Source of the DNA: Opitutales bacterium
GTDB lineage: Bacteria > Verrucomicrobiota > Verrucomicrobiia > Opitutales > PNEW01
Assembly (NCBI GenBank): GCA_965197745.1
Contig: CBDANS010000007.1
Coordinates: forward strand, 1,120,001-1,184,000
Direction: 5' to 3'
DNA: 64,000 nucleotides
Each line of letters begins with the position of its first letter. Within the stretch, counting starts at the first letter, position 1. Below the pieces are notes generated by a model. That model searched no databases and was not told the DNA's origin. It saw nothing but the letters and a program-made list of their open reading frames with translations. Of this stretch, positions 30,529 to 41,003 are shown piece after piece. A program made the translations under genes and the position numbers.

Positions 30529-30623
30529 TGATGAGCGTCAACTGAAAGACTGGGGTCAAAAGTTTAAATAGTTCGATTTTAACCCATTCTTCTCCTTCGT
30601 CTTTCGACCTGAGACAAATTTTA

Positions 30624-31601
30624 ATGCATACGATCAAAGAAATTGAAGTTCCCATGCCCGAGGATCTGAAGGAGGAGTTAATCCATTTCTGGGAACAGAT
30701 ATTTGAAACTACCTATGATGGTTTTCATGGCATTTTCGATGCTGATGAAAAAGATGTTAACCACGATATCGTTTATTTGATAAGAAAAGAAAATAAACTC
30801 GGAGGCACATGCCATTTAACCCATTCTATACTTAATCCTGCATTAGGCGGTCTGGGCGAAGTAGCGACGACCCCGGAATTCACATCCATGGGAATTGCCG
30901 GTGCGGTTTGTAAAGCTGCCCGGGATGCGTTTCAAAATCATGGCGGAAAGGCAATTTTTCTGGGTACCGGTAACCCGGTTGCTGCTCGGGTATATTATCG
31001 CCTGGGATGGCGTAAACTTGCGGGAGCTACGGTCATGGCCTGTATTACCAATGGTGACTCCCCGGAAGATTTTCTCGTTGATTACTTCCGGAAAAGCGAA
31101 CCCGTAACGTTTACACCGGCATCCCCCTCTGATCGCGTTTCAATGATACCCCTAATTATCACCCCGCATAATTGGCAGGTATTGGATGCTAACACGGATA
31201 TTTACTCAACACGCTATCGGGAGCAGAATTCATGCATGAGCCTTTACCCTCGATACGAAGCCCTTCTTCAGGAGGGGCGTGGAACCTGGTTTGGGGCTCG
31301 AAGTGTCAGCGGTAATCTTACCGGCTTATCAACGGCACGATTTAATAATGATGATAGCCAGTGCCAGGTGGACGGATTTACCCACTATCATTTTATCGAT
31401 GCATGGAAAGATTTGATGTTAAAGTCTGTAAAATGGGGTTTTTCCGAGGGAGCTTCTTCCTGTATTGCTACAGTATCAGCTGAAGACACCGAGAAAAAAT
31501 CGCTTTTTGCTTCCCTTGGTTTCAGTGAAACCGGAAGGGGTGAGGATTTTGATATAGGGGGCCGCGCCGTTTCTTCTATCCGCATGGAAAAGCGTGGATA
31601 A
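30624..31601 (+). CDS. Tandem-domain GNAT-family acetyltransferase
   Basis: LGEVATTPEFTSMGIAG motif A, AARVYYRLGW motif B, second degenerate GNAT ending LFASLGF. Confidence 0.8.
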   Translation: MHTIKEIEVPMPEDLKEELIHFWEQIFETTYDGFHGIFDADEKDVNHDIVYLIRKENKLGGTCHLTHSILNPALGGLGEVATTPEFTSMGIAGAVCKAARDAFQNHGGKAIFLGTGNPVAARVYYRLGWRKLAGATVMACITNGDSPEDFLVDYFRKSEPVTFTPASPSDRVSMIPLIITPHNWQVLDANTDIYSTRYREQNSCMSLYPRYEALLQEGRGTWFGARSVSGNLTGLSTARFNNDDSQCQVDGFTHYHFIDAWKDLMLKSVKWGFSEGASSCIATVSAEDTEKKSLFASLGFSETGRGEDFDIGGRAVSSIRMEKRG

Positions 31602-31605
31602 GGTT

Positions 31606-32037
31606 ATGCGAACATGCGTATACGCGATGATGCGATAAAGCGGAAATCAATGAGCAAATCCAGTATCCTGATGCCTTCTGTCATTGCGAGGACCCCGCAA
31701 ATGCGGTAGCCGCGGCTACCGGGCAAATGTCTGTTGTGTTTTGTAGGTCCTTTGTTGTTAGAGTTTACTCTCAAATGGACGGATGTCTTGATTCAAGAGA
31801 CGAATCCTCATTGGAAAGACTTGAATGGTGACTGGTAATCGCAGGTACAATGACTATTTACCTGGAATGGAAGATGTCGCTGCGCTCGGTAGCCGCGATC
31901 GGCTAATAGCCACCTCGCAATGACCAAGGGATGCAGAATCGGCTAATTAATTTCCGCATCATCACATATACGCATGTTCGCATTTCCGCATCATCACTTA
32001 TACGCATCATCGCGTTTACGCACTTTCGCGTATCCGC
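31606..32037. mobile_element. Nested non-autonomous element: inverted 8-mer tracts flanking a TGTCATTGCGAG...CTCGCAATGAC unit with a GIY-YIG nuclease remnant
   Basis: Outer arms share TATACGCATGTTCGCAT in inverted orientation. Inner ends are GTCATTGCGAG (31680) and CTCGCAATGAC (31914-31924). 31788-31838 translates LIQETNPHWKDLNGDW*. Confidence 0.7.
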
Positions 32038-33825
32038 TTATCCCGCCGTATCGGCTAATTTTATATGGAGGTCACTCAGTTGCTTCTGTGTCGCCGAGCT
32101 CGGACTTTCGGTCATCAGGCATTGCCCCTTCTGTGTTTTAGGAAATGCGACGACATCACGTATACTGGGACAACCGGCAACAATGGCGACCAGGCGATCA
32201 AATCCGATAGCGATTCCCCCATGGGGGGGTGCTCCGTACTGAAAAGCTTTCAACATATAACCAAATCGGTCCTTCACATCCTCAGGTGGGATTTTTAGAA
32301 GGTCCTCAAATACTTTCTTTTGCAAATCAGGCTGATGGATACGAATACTTCCCCCACCAAGTTCGACACCATTCAAGACAACATCATAATGCTGTCCTCG
32401 GACCGAGCGAGGGTCGGAATCTAATATCGGAATGTCCTCCGGTACCGGCGATGTGAAAGGATGATGGGCTGAGACGTATCGTTTTTCATCCTGGTCGAAT
32501 AGCATGAGGGGGAAATCGGTTACCCATAAAAAGTTATATTGATCATCAGGTATGGACAACGCGCCTCTCTTGCCTAAAAGCTGGGCTGAATCGAGGCGAA
32601 CACGGCCGAGGATTGCCGAGGCCTGCTCCCAATTTGATGCGGCAAAAAAGATGATATCACCGTCTTCAATATTAAGCCGTTCTTTAAGGATAGATTTTTC
32701 CTCATCAGAAAAGAATTTGAGGATAGGAGACTTCCACTCACTTCCCTCTGCCTTGATGAAGGCCAGACCTTTAGCCCCCATGGATTGAGCAGCGGACTCG
32801 AGGGCTTTTAATTCGCCCTGAGTAACATCCGCCAGGCCTTTTGCATTGAAAGCTTTTACCATCCCTTCATTTTTTATAGCATTGGAAAAGACCTTAAAAT
32901 CAGAGTCTTTAAAGGTGTCCGAAAAATCCTCAATTTTAAGTTCAAAACGCGTGTCGGGTTTGTCCACACCGTACTGGTTCATTGCTTCGTGATAGGACAT
33001 GCGTGGAAATGGTGTGGGGATGTCCACATCAATCACATCCTTCCATACCCGTTTGAACAGCCCCTCTACCAGTTTATACATGTCCTCCCGATCAATGAAG
33101 GACATCTCAATGTCAATTTGCGTGAACTCGGGTTGGCGATCTGCTCTTAAGTCTTCATCGCGAAAACAGCGGGCCATCTGATAGTAGCGTTCAATTCCCG
33201 CTACCATAAGCATCTGTTTGTATTGTTGCGGCGATTGAACAAGCGCGTAAAAATCACCTGGATTCATTCGGCTGGGAACAAGAAACTCACGCGCCCCTTC
33301 GGGGGTGCTTTTAAAAAGTTCAGGTGTTTCGATATGTAAAAAACCATTGTCATCTAAATAATCACGGACCGATTTTGATGCTTTATGGCGTTTCAACAAT
33401 CGGTTGAAGCTCTGCGGGCGACGGAGGTCGAGATAGCGATAGGTCAACCTTAAGTCCTCGTTTACTTTGTCCGCTTTTTCGTCTTCGAGAGGGAATGGGA
33501 GCACCTGCGAAACATTGTGGATGATAAGGGTCTGGGCAAATACCTCAATTTCACCTGTTTTGAGATTCGGATTAACGGTCTCAACTGATCTGGGTTTTAC
33601 ATTTCCCTTTATTTCGATGACTGATTCGGGCTTAAGCTGTTGCAGGGATTCAGGAGATTCAAACAAATCAGGATCAAATACAATTTGCGTGAGTCCTTCA
33701 CGATCACGCAAATCAATAAAGAGTATCCCTCCGTGATCGCGCACCGTAGCAATCCACCCGACGAGGACGACTTCTTTGTCCGCATCGTCTTTTGTAAGTT
33801 CACAACAATGATGAGTCCGTTTCAT
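32038..33825 (-). CDS. aspS: Aspartate--tRNA ligase
   Basis: RDHGGILFIDLRD, RLTYRYLDLR, STPEGAR, QSPQ, FRDEDLRADRQPEFTQID, GGGSIR, PPHGG..GFDR. Confidence 0.98.
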   Translation of the reverse strand: MKRTHHCCELTKDDADKEVVLVGWIATVRDHGGILFIDLRDREGLTQIVFDPDLFESPESLQQLKPESVIEIKGNVKPRSVETVNPNLKTGEIEVFAQTLIIHNVSQVLPFPLEDEKADKVNEDLRLTYRYLDLRRPQSFNRLLKRHKASKSVRDYLDDNGFLHIETPELFKSTPEGAREFLVPSRMNPGDFYALVQSPQQYKQMLMVAGIERYYQMARCFRDEDLRADRQPEFTQIDIEMSFIDREDMYKLVEGLFKRVWKDVIDVDIPTPFPRMSYHEAMNQYGVDKPDTRFELKIEDFSDTFKDSDFKVFSNAIKNEGMVKAFNAKGLADVTQGELKALESAAQSMGAKGLAFIKAEGSEWKSPILKFFSDEEKSILKERLNIEDGDIIFFAASNWEQASAILGRVRLDSAQLLGKRGALSIPDDQYNFLWVTDFPLMLFDQDEKRYVSAHHPFTSPVPEDIPILDSDPRSVRGQHYDVVLNGVELGGGSIRIHQPDLQKKVFEDLLKIPPEDVKDRFGYMLKAFQYGAPPHGGIAIGFDRLVAIVAGCPSIRDVVAFPKTQKGQCLMTESPSSATQKQLSDLHIKLADTAG

Positions 33826-33944
33826 AAAAAATGATAAAAGGGATGACGATGCATTATTCGTATAATTCGCGCAATGAAAATATATACAAAATCTTGAGCC
33901 AGAAATGGTGCTCAGTTACTGCTCATTCCACAACTCTGATTCAA

Positions 33945-36146
33945 TCAAAATCGGGTATCTAACGGCACCGTGAGCACCCCGGCATTACCGGTTTCATCAT
34001 AGGCCTCCAGGAGAAGGCTATGCTTTCCGGGCTTTAGATTACTAAGTTCCAGGTTAAAGCTTTCGCTTTTGGAGTCGAACAGTCCGTCAATCGGTCGAAT
34101 GGATTTATTGAGTTTACCATCGAGTTGATAGTAAAATTCCATCAGAATACTGTGCTTGTCTGACACCTTAAGGTGGAGATGCATTTTCTTTTTCCGCCAT
34201 TCCTTTTTAAGAATGGATATACTGGGTGGAGAATTATCGATAAGAAAATGTTCACTTACAAGAAAACCCTCGAGTTCTTGACCCGCTTCATTATCAGGAG
34301 CATCGCTCGCCACTACTTTCAAATGGTAATTTCCTTCATCGAACCCTTTTGTGTTAATCGTGGCAATGGGTTCTTCCAATTCCTCGACCAGTTTGATCCA
34401 GGAAGCAGTGCCATCTTTTTTAATAAGGAGAGAGAATTCCATCGCGTCGCCATTGGGATCCACCGCTTTCCATCCCACAGATATCAGTCCTTCTTCCCCC
34501 ATTTGTTTCAGTTGCATTCTTGGTTTTCGAGTGGATATAAATTTATTAGGGTCTTTTTCATCCAGCAATTTAACCAGATCTATATTTCTCATTACAGTGG
34601 GTGCTTGAATTAACTCCAGCCCTACGGGAAGAAGGCGGATAGCTTCAAAGTAGGGTGCGGTGTTCCGCGACTGATGGAAGATGCGTATGCTACTTATGGC
34701 GTCAGCATTATGACTGGAATCTGAGTCGGAGCCAAAAGTAATTTCATATTGCAAATACCGTGCATTGGGACTTTTTAACTCCCAGTTTTCTGCGTTCTTA
34801 ATAACATCAATCCAATCGTTCCAGGTGTCATCGGGTTTATCCGTGTTACCGCTTCGTGTTCGAAATGAAGTGGGGGAGACTAGAGGGCTATCCGTCACGG
34901 GCAGGAGATTTCCCCAACGAACAATTTGCTGAGCATCGATTACATCTGAGGTATATACACCGGTACCTGCCACATCAACCTGGAGGCGGTATATTTTTGC
35001 CGGATTGCTGGTAATTGCTAAGACGGATTCATGATGCATGGGATCCGGAATAAGAACGGTCAGTTCACCACCATCGGGCGCTTGTTGTAAAAGAGACCAT
35101 TCATTGCGATTAACAACTGAGTAGAGACGACCTTTATCATTCGTGCCAATCAGCCAATTATTATCAGCGAAGCGTATTAAACTATAGATATTGAAATTAA
35201 GGGTTTCCCAGTAGGGATCAACAAAACCTTCACTATCGATTTTGTAAATTCTGCTCGATCCTTGATCATTGGATTTGGGGGCATTATTCGAATTACTATC
35301 ACTCGAGGATACCTTCACGGAATATGCAGGCAGCGTATTACTGCTATCCGACACCGGTGAAGACTGGGTGTTTTTGCTGTTAACACTGCGATTGAAAGTG
35401 GAAAAAAGAATAGACCCATCGCGGTTTGCAGTGATCGCTTTTATTTCCTGCGACCCTGTATTATAGAGAGCGTAGACTTTATCCTTACCTTCGATGCGAT
35501 AGAGAATCCCTTCCGGGCTGCTCCCTGCAAGTAAGTGGCCATTAGCGTCCCAGTCGAGTTGAGTGAGATGGGTTTGGGGGCAAGTAAACCACACCTCGGC
35601 TTCACTCCCGGATTGCAGATTCGCGGGTAACCGGTAAATCTTTGCCGGGTTGCCCGTGGCGACAAATAGATCACCTTTATCATTAAAAATGAGATCCCAG
35701 ATATACTCTTCTTCAGTATTGAAATATATTTCCGGTAAACCATCGGGCGCTATTCTGAAGATGCGACCTCGTGGGGAGGTGCCGACATAAAGGTTATCCT
35801 GGGGATCTATGGCAATAGCGCGGGTTAGTATTTTTTCCGGACTGAAATAATCGACGCTCTCTCCTTGGGGACTGACTTTAATTACTTTGCCATTATTCCC
35901 GGTGGCCAGATAGAGATGGCCGAGTGAGTCGACAACCGCTGACCATACGATGGGCTCTTGCAGCTCAGCAATTTCCGTAATGGTGGGAGCTAAACGCAGA
36001 GATCCCTGATGCCCAAGTGAGACATTGATAAAATCACCTTCAATAAAATCAGTATAGGTTTCATGGATGACGGACTGTGTGCGCACCCCATAAAGTGAGG
36101 GAAAGATAAATATCCCGATGAATAAGCCGTAATAAAAACGTAACAT
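33945..36146 (-). CDS. Secreted beta-propeller protein with C-terminal FN3/Ig-like domains
   Basis: Signal peptide, repeated D-x2-G-x-LY-x-(A/G)T-x3-G-x-IY blades, TRSGNTDKPDDTW, W..VDPNGD, YHLKVVASD. Confidence 0.8.
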   Translation of the reverse strand: MLRFYYGLFIGIFIFPSLYGVRTQSVIHETYTDFIEGDFINVSLGHQGSLRLAPTITEIAELQEPIVWSAVVDSLGHLYLATGNNGKVIKVSPQGESVDYFSPEKILTRAIAIDPQDNLYVGTSPRGRIFRIAPDGLPEIYFNTEEEYIWDLIFNDKGDLFVATGNPAKIYRLPANLQSGSEAEVWFTCPQTHLTQLDWDANGHLLAGSSPEGILYRIEGKDKVYALYNTGSQEIKAITANRDGSILFSTFNRSVNSKNTQSSPVSDSSNTLPAYSVKVSSSDSNSNNAPKSNDQGSSRIYKIDSEGFVDPYWETLNFNIYSLIRFADNNWLIGTNDKGRLYSVVNRNEWSLLQQAPDGGELTVLIPDPMHHESVLAITSNPAKIYRLQVDVAGTGVYTSDVIDAQQIVRWGNLLPVTDSPLVSPTSFRTRSGNTDKPDDTWNDWIDVIKNAENWELKSPNARYLQYEITFGSDSDSSHNADAISSIRIFHQSRNTAPYFEAIRLLPVGLELIQAPTVMRNIDLVKLLDEKDPNKFISTRKPRMQLKQMGEEGLISVGWKAVDPNGDAMEFSLLIKKDGTASWIKLVEELEEPIATINTKGFDEGNYHLKVVASDAPDNEAGQELEGFLVSEHFLIDNSPPSISILKKEWRKKKMHLHLKVSDKHSILMEFYYQLDGKLNKSIRPIDGLFDSKSESFNLELSNLKPGKHSLLLEAYDETGNAGVLTVPLDTRF

Positions 36147-36153
36147 GAATTAT

Positions 36154-37968
36154 TTATTCGAGAGTAATGGGAATAGAATATTGCCCTTCGAATTGACTCG
36201 AAAGAGGGATTTCCGTTTCCCAAAGCGTCGTAGCGGTGAGGGATTGACGGGCAATATTATTTGCCGGTGATGTAAACTGTGCCAGTACTGATGGTGGCAG
36301 GTCGAATAAATTTTCTCCTTCCAATCTCAACCCCTGTGTGTCTTTTAATAATTTGATGTAGATTGCCTCACTGCTTCGACCGGCACGCCATTTATTGATA
36401 ATATCATCAAAAGAGGTGATGTTTCCATCCAATACTTTATCGACGCGTTCAGCCTCGTTGGCATCAGCGATGAGGATAGTCAATTGATCGCCGGAACGTA
36501 GTTTTTCCGGTAGAGGGACCGATACCGGGTGTAAAGTGGATTCACCCTGGTAGTGATAGAGGCTTAAAACCAGATCAATGTTACCTCCTGCTCGCGCCCG
36601 TCTTGATTCGATCCTTACTTCCTTCAAATAACTCAGTTTCCAGTGATCACTGATTTCTATTTCCAGGTCAATACTGCTTACCTTTGGCCTGGCAAAGGGG
36701 TTATCATAAATACGGCTCAGATTTTCCTGAAAATCCATGATTGCCGTGTTCGCGCCCTGGGGTCCCGAAATAACTTCGCGGTATTCAATCGGGTCATAGC
36801 CTTCAATAGCTATACGACCGTCGATTATAAAAGTTTGTACCTCCCCAGATTCCATGGTAGCATGAAGCGATTCCATGAGAGCAATCGAAGCGAGGAGAGG
36901 GGATAGGGTAGGGTGCTCTACAAGACTTCCCGAAAATGAGCGTTTAATTCCGTTAACCGAACGGGTGTAAATGGAGACCGGAGTTAATTGGGGCAGGGGG
37001 CCTACTTTTCCGGCGATACTTGTCAAACGATCCTGGTAAAATGATCCCACGAGGGGCCCCGTATTTGAGAGTTTAAATGACTGGGCCACAGACTGGACAA
37101 CCGTAATGATTTCAGCGGCAGCCATGGGTAAATTTGCTGATCCTGATTTTAGAAAAGGATGACCAAAAGCTAATATGGTGTCGCCGTTGCGGTAAGTAAC
37201 GGTCCCGGTGGCAGCAAAATTAAAATCACCTTTCATGAGGACCGCGGAAACCGGTGATCCGGGTTCAAGGGGAAAATTTGAATCAGGTGAAGCACTTCCC
37301 ATCGGGGCTTGCATCACTTCAAGGCCCAATGATGCTAATTGAGATTTAAATATATTCAAGGTGCGTTGAGAAACCCCGGATACTAAAAGGGGAGTGGGCT
37401 GAGGTTGAAGAAGTGATTCAATTATTTCAGGTGAGACACTCTCATTACCAGTAGTCATTTTCCACCCGCCATTTGATAAGGTGGTGTCAGTGTATTCTTT
37501 CGAAGTAAACACACGTTGTGAAAATGATTGCTTGTCTGATGGCTTTTCTAAGGGATAGTCGTCAATTAATTCGATCATATCTTCGATCGGGGTAACGAGA
37601 ATGATGGCCTGCTCCTTGGGCCAATTATACCCGTAAGCGTATGCGCCTATCAGTTTTCCGTCTACGTAGACGGGGCTTCCACTCATCCCTGCAACCGGGC
37701 CGGTCAACACATTTTGGGTGTCTATGGCCTGGCATATTATTACCGACCTTTGTGGCCCTACAAAATTCTGCGCCACCCCAAGCACTTCGAGACCGAATTC
37801 TTCAATGGTCGTACCCGAAACAACCGTCTTCCACATGCCTTGCATCCCCGGTTTTATTTCGGAAATGGGCATAATCTCGGGTTCGTTAGCGCATATAGTG
37901 GCTAACGAGATAATATAAATTATACATCCACCCAGGAGTTGACGGTAAAACATGTAAATGAAAGTCAA
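36154..37968 (-). CDS. SpoIVB/peptidase S55-domain protein, secreted
   Basis: AGMSGSPVY nucleophile motif, ATGTVTY...AFGHP, QDR; signal peptide (start may be ATG 37953). Confidence 0.85.
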   Translation of the reverse strand: MTFIYMFYRQLLGGCIIYIISLATICANEPEIMPISEIKPGMQGMWKTVVSGTTIEEFGLEVLGVAQNFVGPQRSVIICQAIDTQNVLTGPVAGMSGSPVYVDGKLIGAYAYGYNWPKEQAIILVTPIEDMIELIDDYPLEKPSDKQSFSQRVFTSKEYTDTTLSNGGWKMTTGNESVSPEIIESLLQPQPTPLLVSGVSQRTLNIFKSQLASLGLEVMQAPMGSASPDSNFPLEPGSPVSAVLMKGDFNFAATGTVTYRNGDTILAFGHPFLKSGSANLPMAAAEIITVVQSVAQSFKLSNTGPLVGSFYQDRLTSIAGKVGPLPQLTPVSIYTRSVNGIKRSFSGSLVEHPTLSPLLASIALMESLHATMESGEVQTFIIDGRIAIEGYDPIEYREVISGPQGANTAIMDFQENLSRIYDNPFARPKVSSIDLEIEISDHWKLSYLKEVRIESRRARAGGNIDLVLSLYHYQGESTLHPVSVPLPEKLRSGDQLTILIADANEAERVDKVLDGNITSFDDIINKWRAGRSSEAIYIKLLKDTQGLRLEGENLFDLPPSVLAQFTSPANNIARQSLTATTLWETEIPLSSQFEGQYSIPITLE

Positions 37969-38130
37969 ACGTATTTTAGAATAAGGCTCAAGTTCTTAAG
38001 GCTGTTAATTGGGACTGTCGCGTATGCGCTTCGTTCCCATTCAAAGCCGCTGCCCTATTACCTGTAATATTGAATTCGGGAAATGGATATAATGATACAG
38101 CTGATAATTTAAGCGAAGAATGATCAGGGT

Positions 38131-38880
38131 TCAGTTTTTCACTTTGCCCTGGTTGGCGACCGATTGCATCGCATTTTCCACTTCCTTTGGATCGCCGAGG
38201 TAGAAATGACGTGTCGGTTTTAAATCATCACCCAATTCATAAACGAGGGGTATGCCTGTGGGTATGTTGAGTTTTACGATTTCATCATCGGAAACTCCAT
38301 CGAGGTATTTTACAAGGGCGCGCAAGGTATTGCCGTGTGCGGCGATAATAACTTTTTTACCCGCTCTTACGGCAGGGGCAATGTTCTCGTGCCATAAAGG
38401 CATGAATCTTTCTACCGTATCCTTAAGACATTCTGTTACTGGCAATTCCTTTTCCGTGAGATCAGCATAACGTGGATCATTCCCGGGGTAGCGATCGTCT
38501 TTTTTTTCAAGGGGGGGAGGGGGGGTATCATAACTTCGGCGCCACACCAGGACCTGGTCCTCTCCATATTTTTCCGCGGTCTGTGCTTTGTTTAATCCTT
38601 GCAGTGCGCCGTAGTGACGTTCGTTGAGTCGCCAGGAGCGAATTACCGGTATCCACATCTGATCCATAACATCCAAGACCAACCATAACGTACGGATCGC
38701 TCTCTTGAGAACTGAAGTATAGGCGAGGTCGAATTCATACCCCTCTTCCTTAAGAACCTGTCCTCCCTTTTGCGCTTCTATGACCCCCTGCTCAGATAAA
38801 TCGACATCCGTCCATCCACTGAACAGATTTTCCTTATTCCAGATGCTTTCACCGTGTCGCAACAATACCAGTTTGCTCAT
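38131..38880 (-). CDS. gpmA: 2,3-bisphosphoglycerate-dependent phosphoglycerate mutase
   Basis: [38 protein letters not shown]; start ATG 38880. Confidence 0.97.
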   Translation of the reverse strand: MSKLVLLRHGESIWNKENLFSGWTDVDLSEQGVIEAQKGGQVLKEEGYEFDLAYTSVLKRAIRTLWLVLDVMDQMWIPVIRSWRLNERHYGALQGLNKAQTAEKYGEDQVLVWRRSYDTPPPPLEKKDDRYPGNDPRYADLTEKELPVTECLKDTVERFMPLWHENIAPAVRAGKKVIIAAHGNTLRALVKYLDGVSDDEIVKLNIPTGIPLVYELGDDLKPTRHFYLGDPKEVENAMQSVANQGKVKN

Positions 38881-38896
38881 TACTAGATCTCGATTA

Positions 38897-39931
38897 TTAA
38901 TGTATGCCTTTAACAAAACTCAGCGAAGTTACTAACAGGTAAACGCCAACGAGTATAAAACCGAAAGGTCGTTTTAATTTATCTCCGGAAACAGTAATCC
39001 CAATACGAAATATAATAAGAATAAAAAGCATCGCGGGAAAGAGGAAATAAAAAAAATTGGGCGGGGAAGAAAGACCACCGGAAGTTACCGAAGCGGCGGA
39101 ACCGGCGACAAATAGGACATTCAAGATATCAGCTCCAATAATATTTCCCACCGCCAATTCACCATGTCCCATTCTTGCCGCCGTGATCGCAATTATTAAT
39201 TCAGGTAGTGACGTGCCAAATGCGACCAGGGTTGCGGCGATGACACTATCAGGAACATGCAGACGTATCGCGGTTTCTTCAACTGCAGGAATGAGAATGC
39301 GCGATGAGATTATGACGATGATCAAAGAAAAGATCAATTTTGAAAAGTTGATCAGGACTCTGGCTTCACGCCCCCTATTCAAGGGATCATCAATACCAAT
39401 ACTCGACTTATCCTCCTTTGCCCAGCGGAGTGATAGCCACATATAAACAATAAGCAGGGCGATAAATATGAATCCCATATATTGAGGAAGTGAACCGCCC
39501 TCTGTGAACGTTTTATTCAGTGTCAAATAAGGCAAGCAGGCCATGACCAGAAGGATACCCGATCCCAATTGAATCCAACCCTGGCGATTGACTATTTTTT
39601 TATTAAGGGGAAGGGGTGAGATAATTGTCGCTAAACCTAGAATCAAACCGGTGTCGCATATAATCGATCCAACCGCGTTGCCCAGGGCGAGTCCCGGATT
39701 TCCGGTAATGGCGGCAAAGACGGAAACGGATGCTTCAGGTAAAGTGGTGCCGATGCTTACAATCGTTGCGCCAATCAGCAGCTTGGGCACCCCCCAATGA
39801 AGAGAGAGAGAAACAGCTTCATTGGTGAGAATTTCGGCTCCCTTGGACAAGGTATAGATGAAAAATGCGATGATACAGAGAAGGATGACCATATGCTGCG
39901 CGGCCATTATTTCCTGTAAGAATGTTTCCAT
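38897..39931 (-). CDS. Sodium:calcium antiporter (YrbG/CaCA family)
   Basis: Two alpha repeats GTTLPE / GTSLPE, GNAVGS / GNIIGA. Confidence 0.92.
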   Translation of the reverse strand: METFLQEIMAAQHMVILLCIIAFFIYTLSKGAEILTNEAVSLSLHWGVPKLLIGATIVSIGTTLPEASVSVFAAITGNPGLALGNAVGSIICDTGLILGLATIISPLPLNKKIVNRQGWIQLGSGILLVMACLPYLTLNKTFTEGGSLPQYMGFIFIALLIVYMWLSLRWAKEDKSSIGIDDPLNRGREARVLINFSKLIFSLIIVIISSRILIPAVEETAIRLHVPDSVIAATLVAFGTSLPELIIAITAARMGHGELAVGNIIGADILNVLFVAGSAASVTSGGLSSPPNFFYFLFPAMLFILIIFRIGITVSGDKLKRPFGFILVGVYLLVTSLSFVKGIH

Positions 39932-40101
39932 TATTTGCTTATAAAGTTTAGGGATTAAATAAATTTTACAGCTGCATACCTGCGCTGCGTAAAAAAATCA
40001 AAAATAAAATTCAATGAGATGAGTAGGGCTGAGTGGCCTGATAATATTATCTTTACCTTCTCCGGTCCGGATAGAATAATTGATATACAGTAATTTCTTT
40101 C

Positions 40102-40932
40102 ATGGTGAATATAGCAAGCGAATTAGAGGGTGAGGTTGAAAATGCGCAAGGTTGTGTGCGTGATCAAGGATGGTATGTGCTTGAGGGTGTGATACCGGAA
40201 GCGGAGTGCGAGAGAATACGAAAGGGTATATACGAGGTGGCAAGGGCTAATCGCAAAGATTATGCTCCGGATGGATTGACCTTTCTTCCCGCGTTCATAA
40301 ATCATAACCAATCTTTCGCCAAGTACCTAGCGGATCCAAAATTCTTAGCCATTATTGAAGGATTAATTGGGCCTCACACGCGTGTTTCTTATACTTCGGC
40401 AATTATTAATGAACCCGGTATTGCCCGTGGTTCCTGGCATGCTGACTGGCCGTTCAACGCACAAAGGGCCGGTCATATACCCAGTCCTTACCCCTTGGAT
40501 GTAATATTTCATTTAACTACCCTGTGGATGATATCCCCCTTTACGGTTGAAAATGGAGGGACTCTGTATCTCCCCGGCAGTCATAAAAAACCCACTAACC
40601 CGACATGTGATCCTGAAAAAAATTGGATCGAAGCTATTGATGGTGAAAAGAACGCGATGGGACCCGCGGGGAGCGTATTGATTATAGACAGTCGTACCTG
40701 GCATGCTACGGCGAAAAATCTTTCTGATGACCCAAGAGTTGCGCTGGCCATACGTTACGCGCCCTGGTGGTTAAATCTGGATATTCTCATGCCCGGGTCG
40801 GAAGAACGTAAAATGATGGCGGATGAACCTGGAATACGCGAAAATGAAGTGCCCCGGTTAAAAAATGAAGTATACGAGGTTTTACCCGAAGCGACCAAAC
40901 GGCTCTTTCGTCATTGGTTGCACGCCCGGTAA
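40102..40932 (+). CDS. Phytanoyl-CoA dioxygenase family protein
   Basis: GWYVLEGVI, SWHAD, FTVENGGT..PGSH, WHATAKN...R. Confidence 0.88.
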   Translation: MVNIASELEGEVENAQGCVRDQGWYVLEGVIPEAECERIRKGIYEVARANRKDYAPDGLTFLPAFINHNQSFAKYLADPKFLAIIEGLIGPHTRVSYTSAIINEPGIARGSWHADWPFNAQRAGHIPSPYPLDVIFHLTTLWMISPFTVENGGTLYLPGSHKKPTNPTCDPEKNWIEAIDGEKNAMGPAGSVLIIDSRTWHATAKNLSDDPRVALAIRYAPWWLNLDILMPGSEERKMMADEPGIRENEVPRLKNEVYEVLPEATKRLFRHWLHAR

Positions 40933-41003
40933 TATTTCTGAAGGTAGAGGAAGACAGGGCTTTAGTAATTGAAAATAATGCTCACTGCATACAATATTTC
41001 TCT

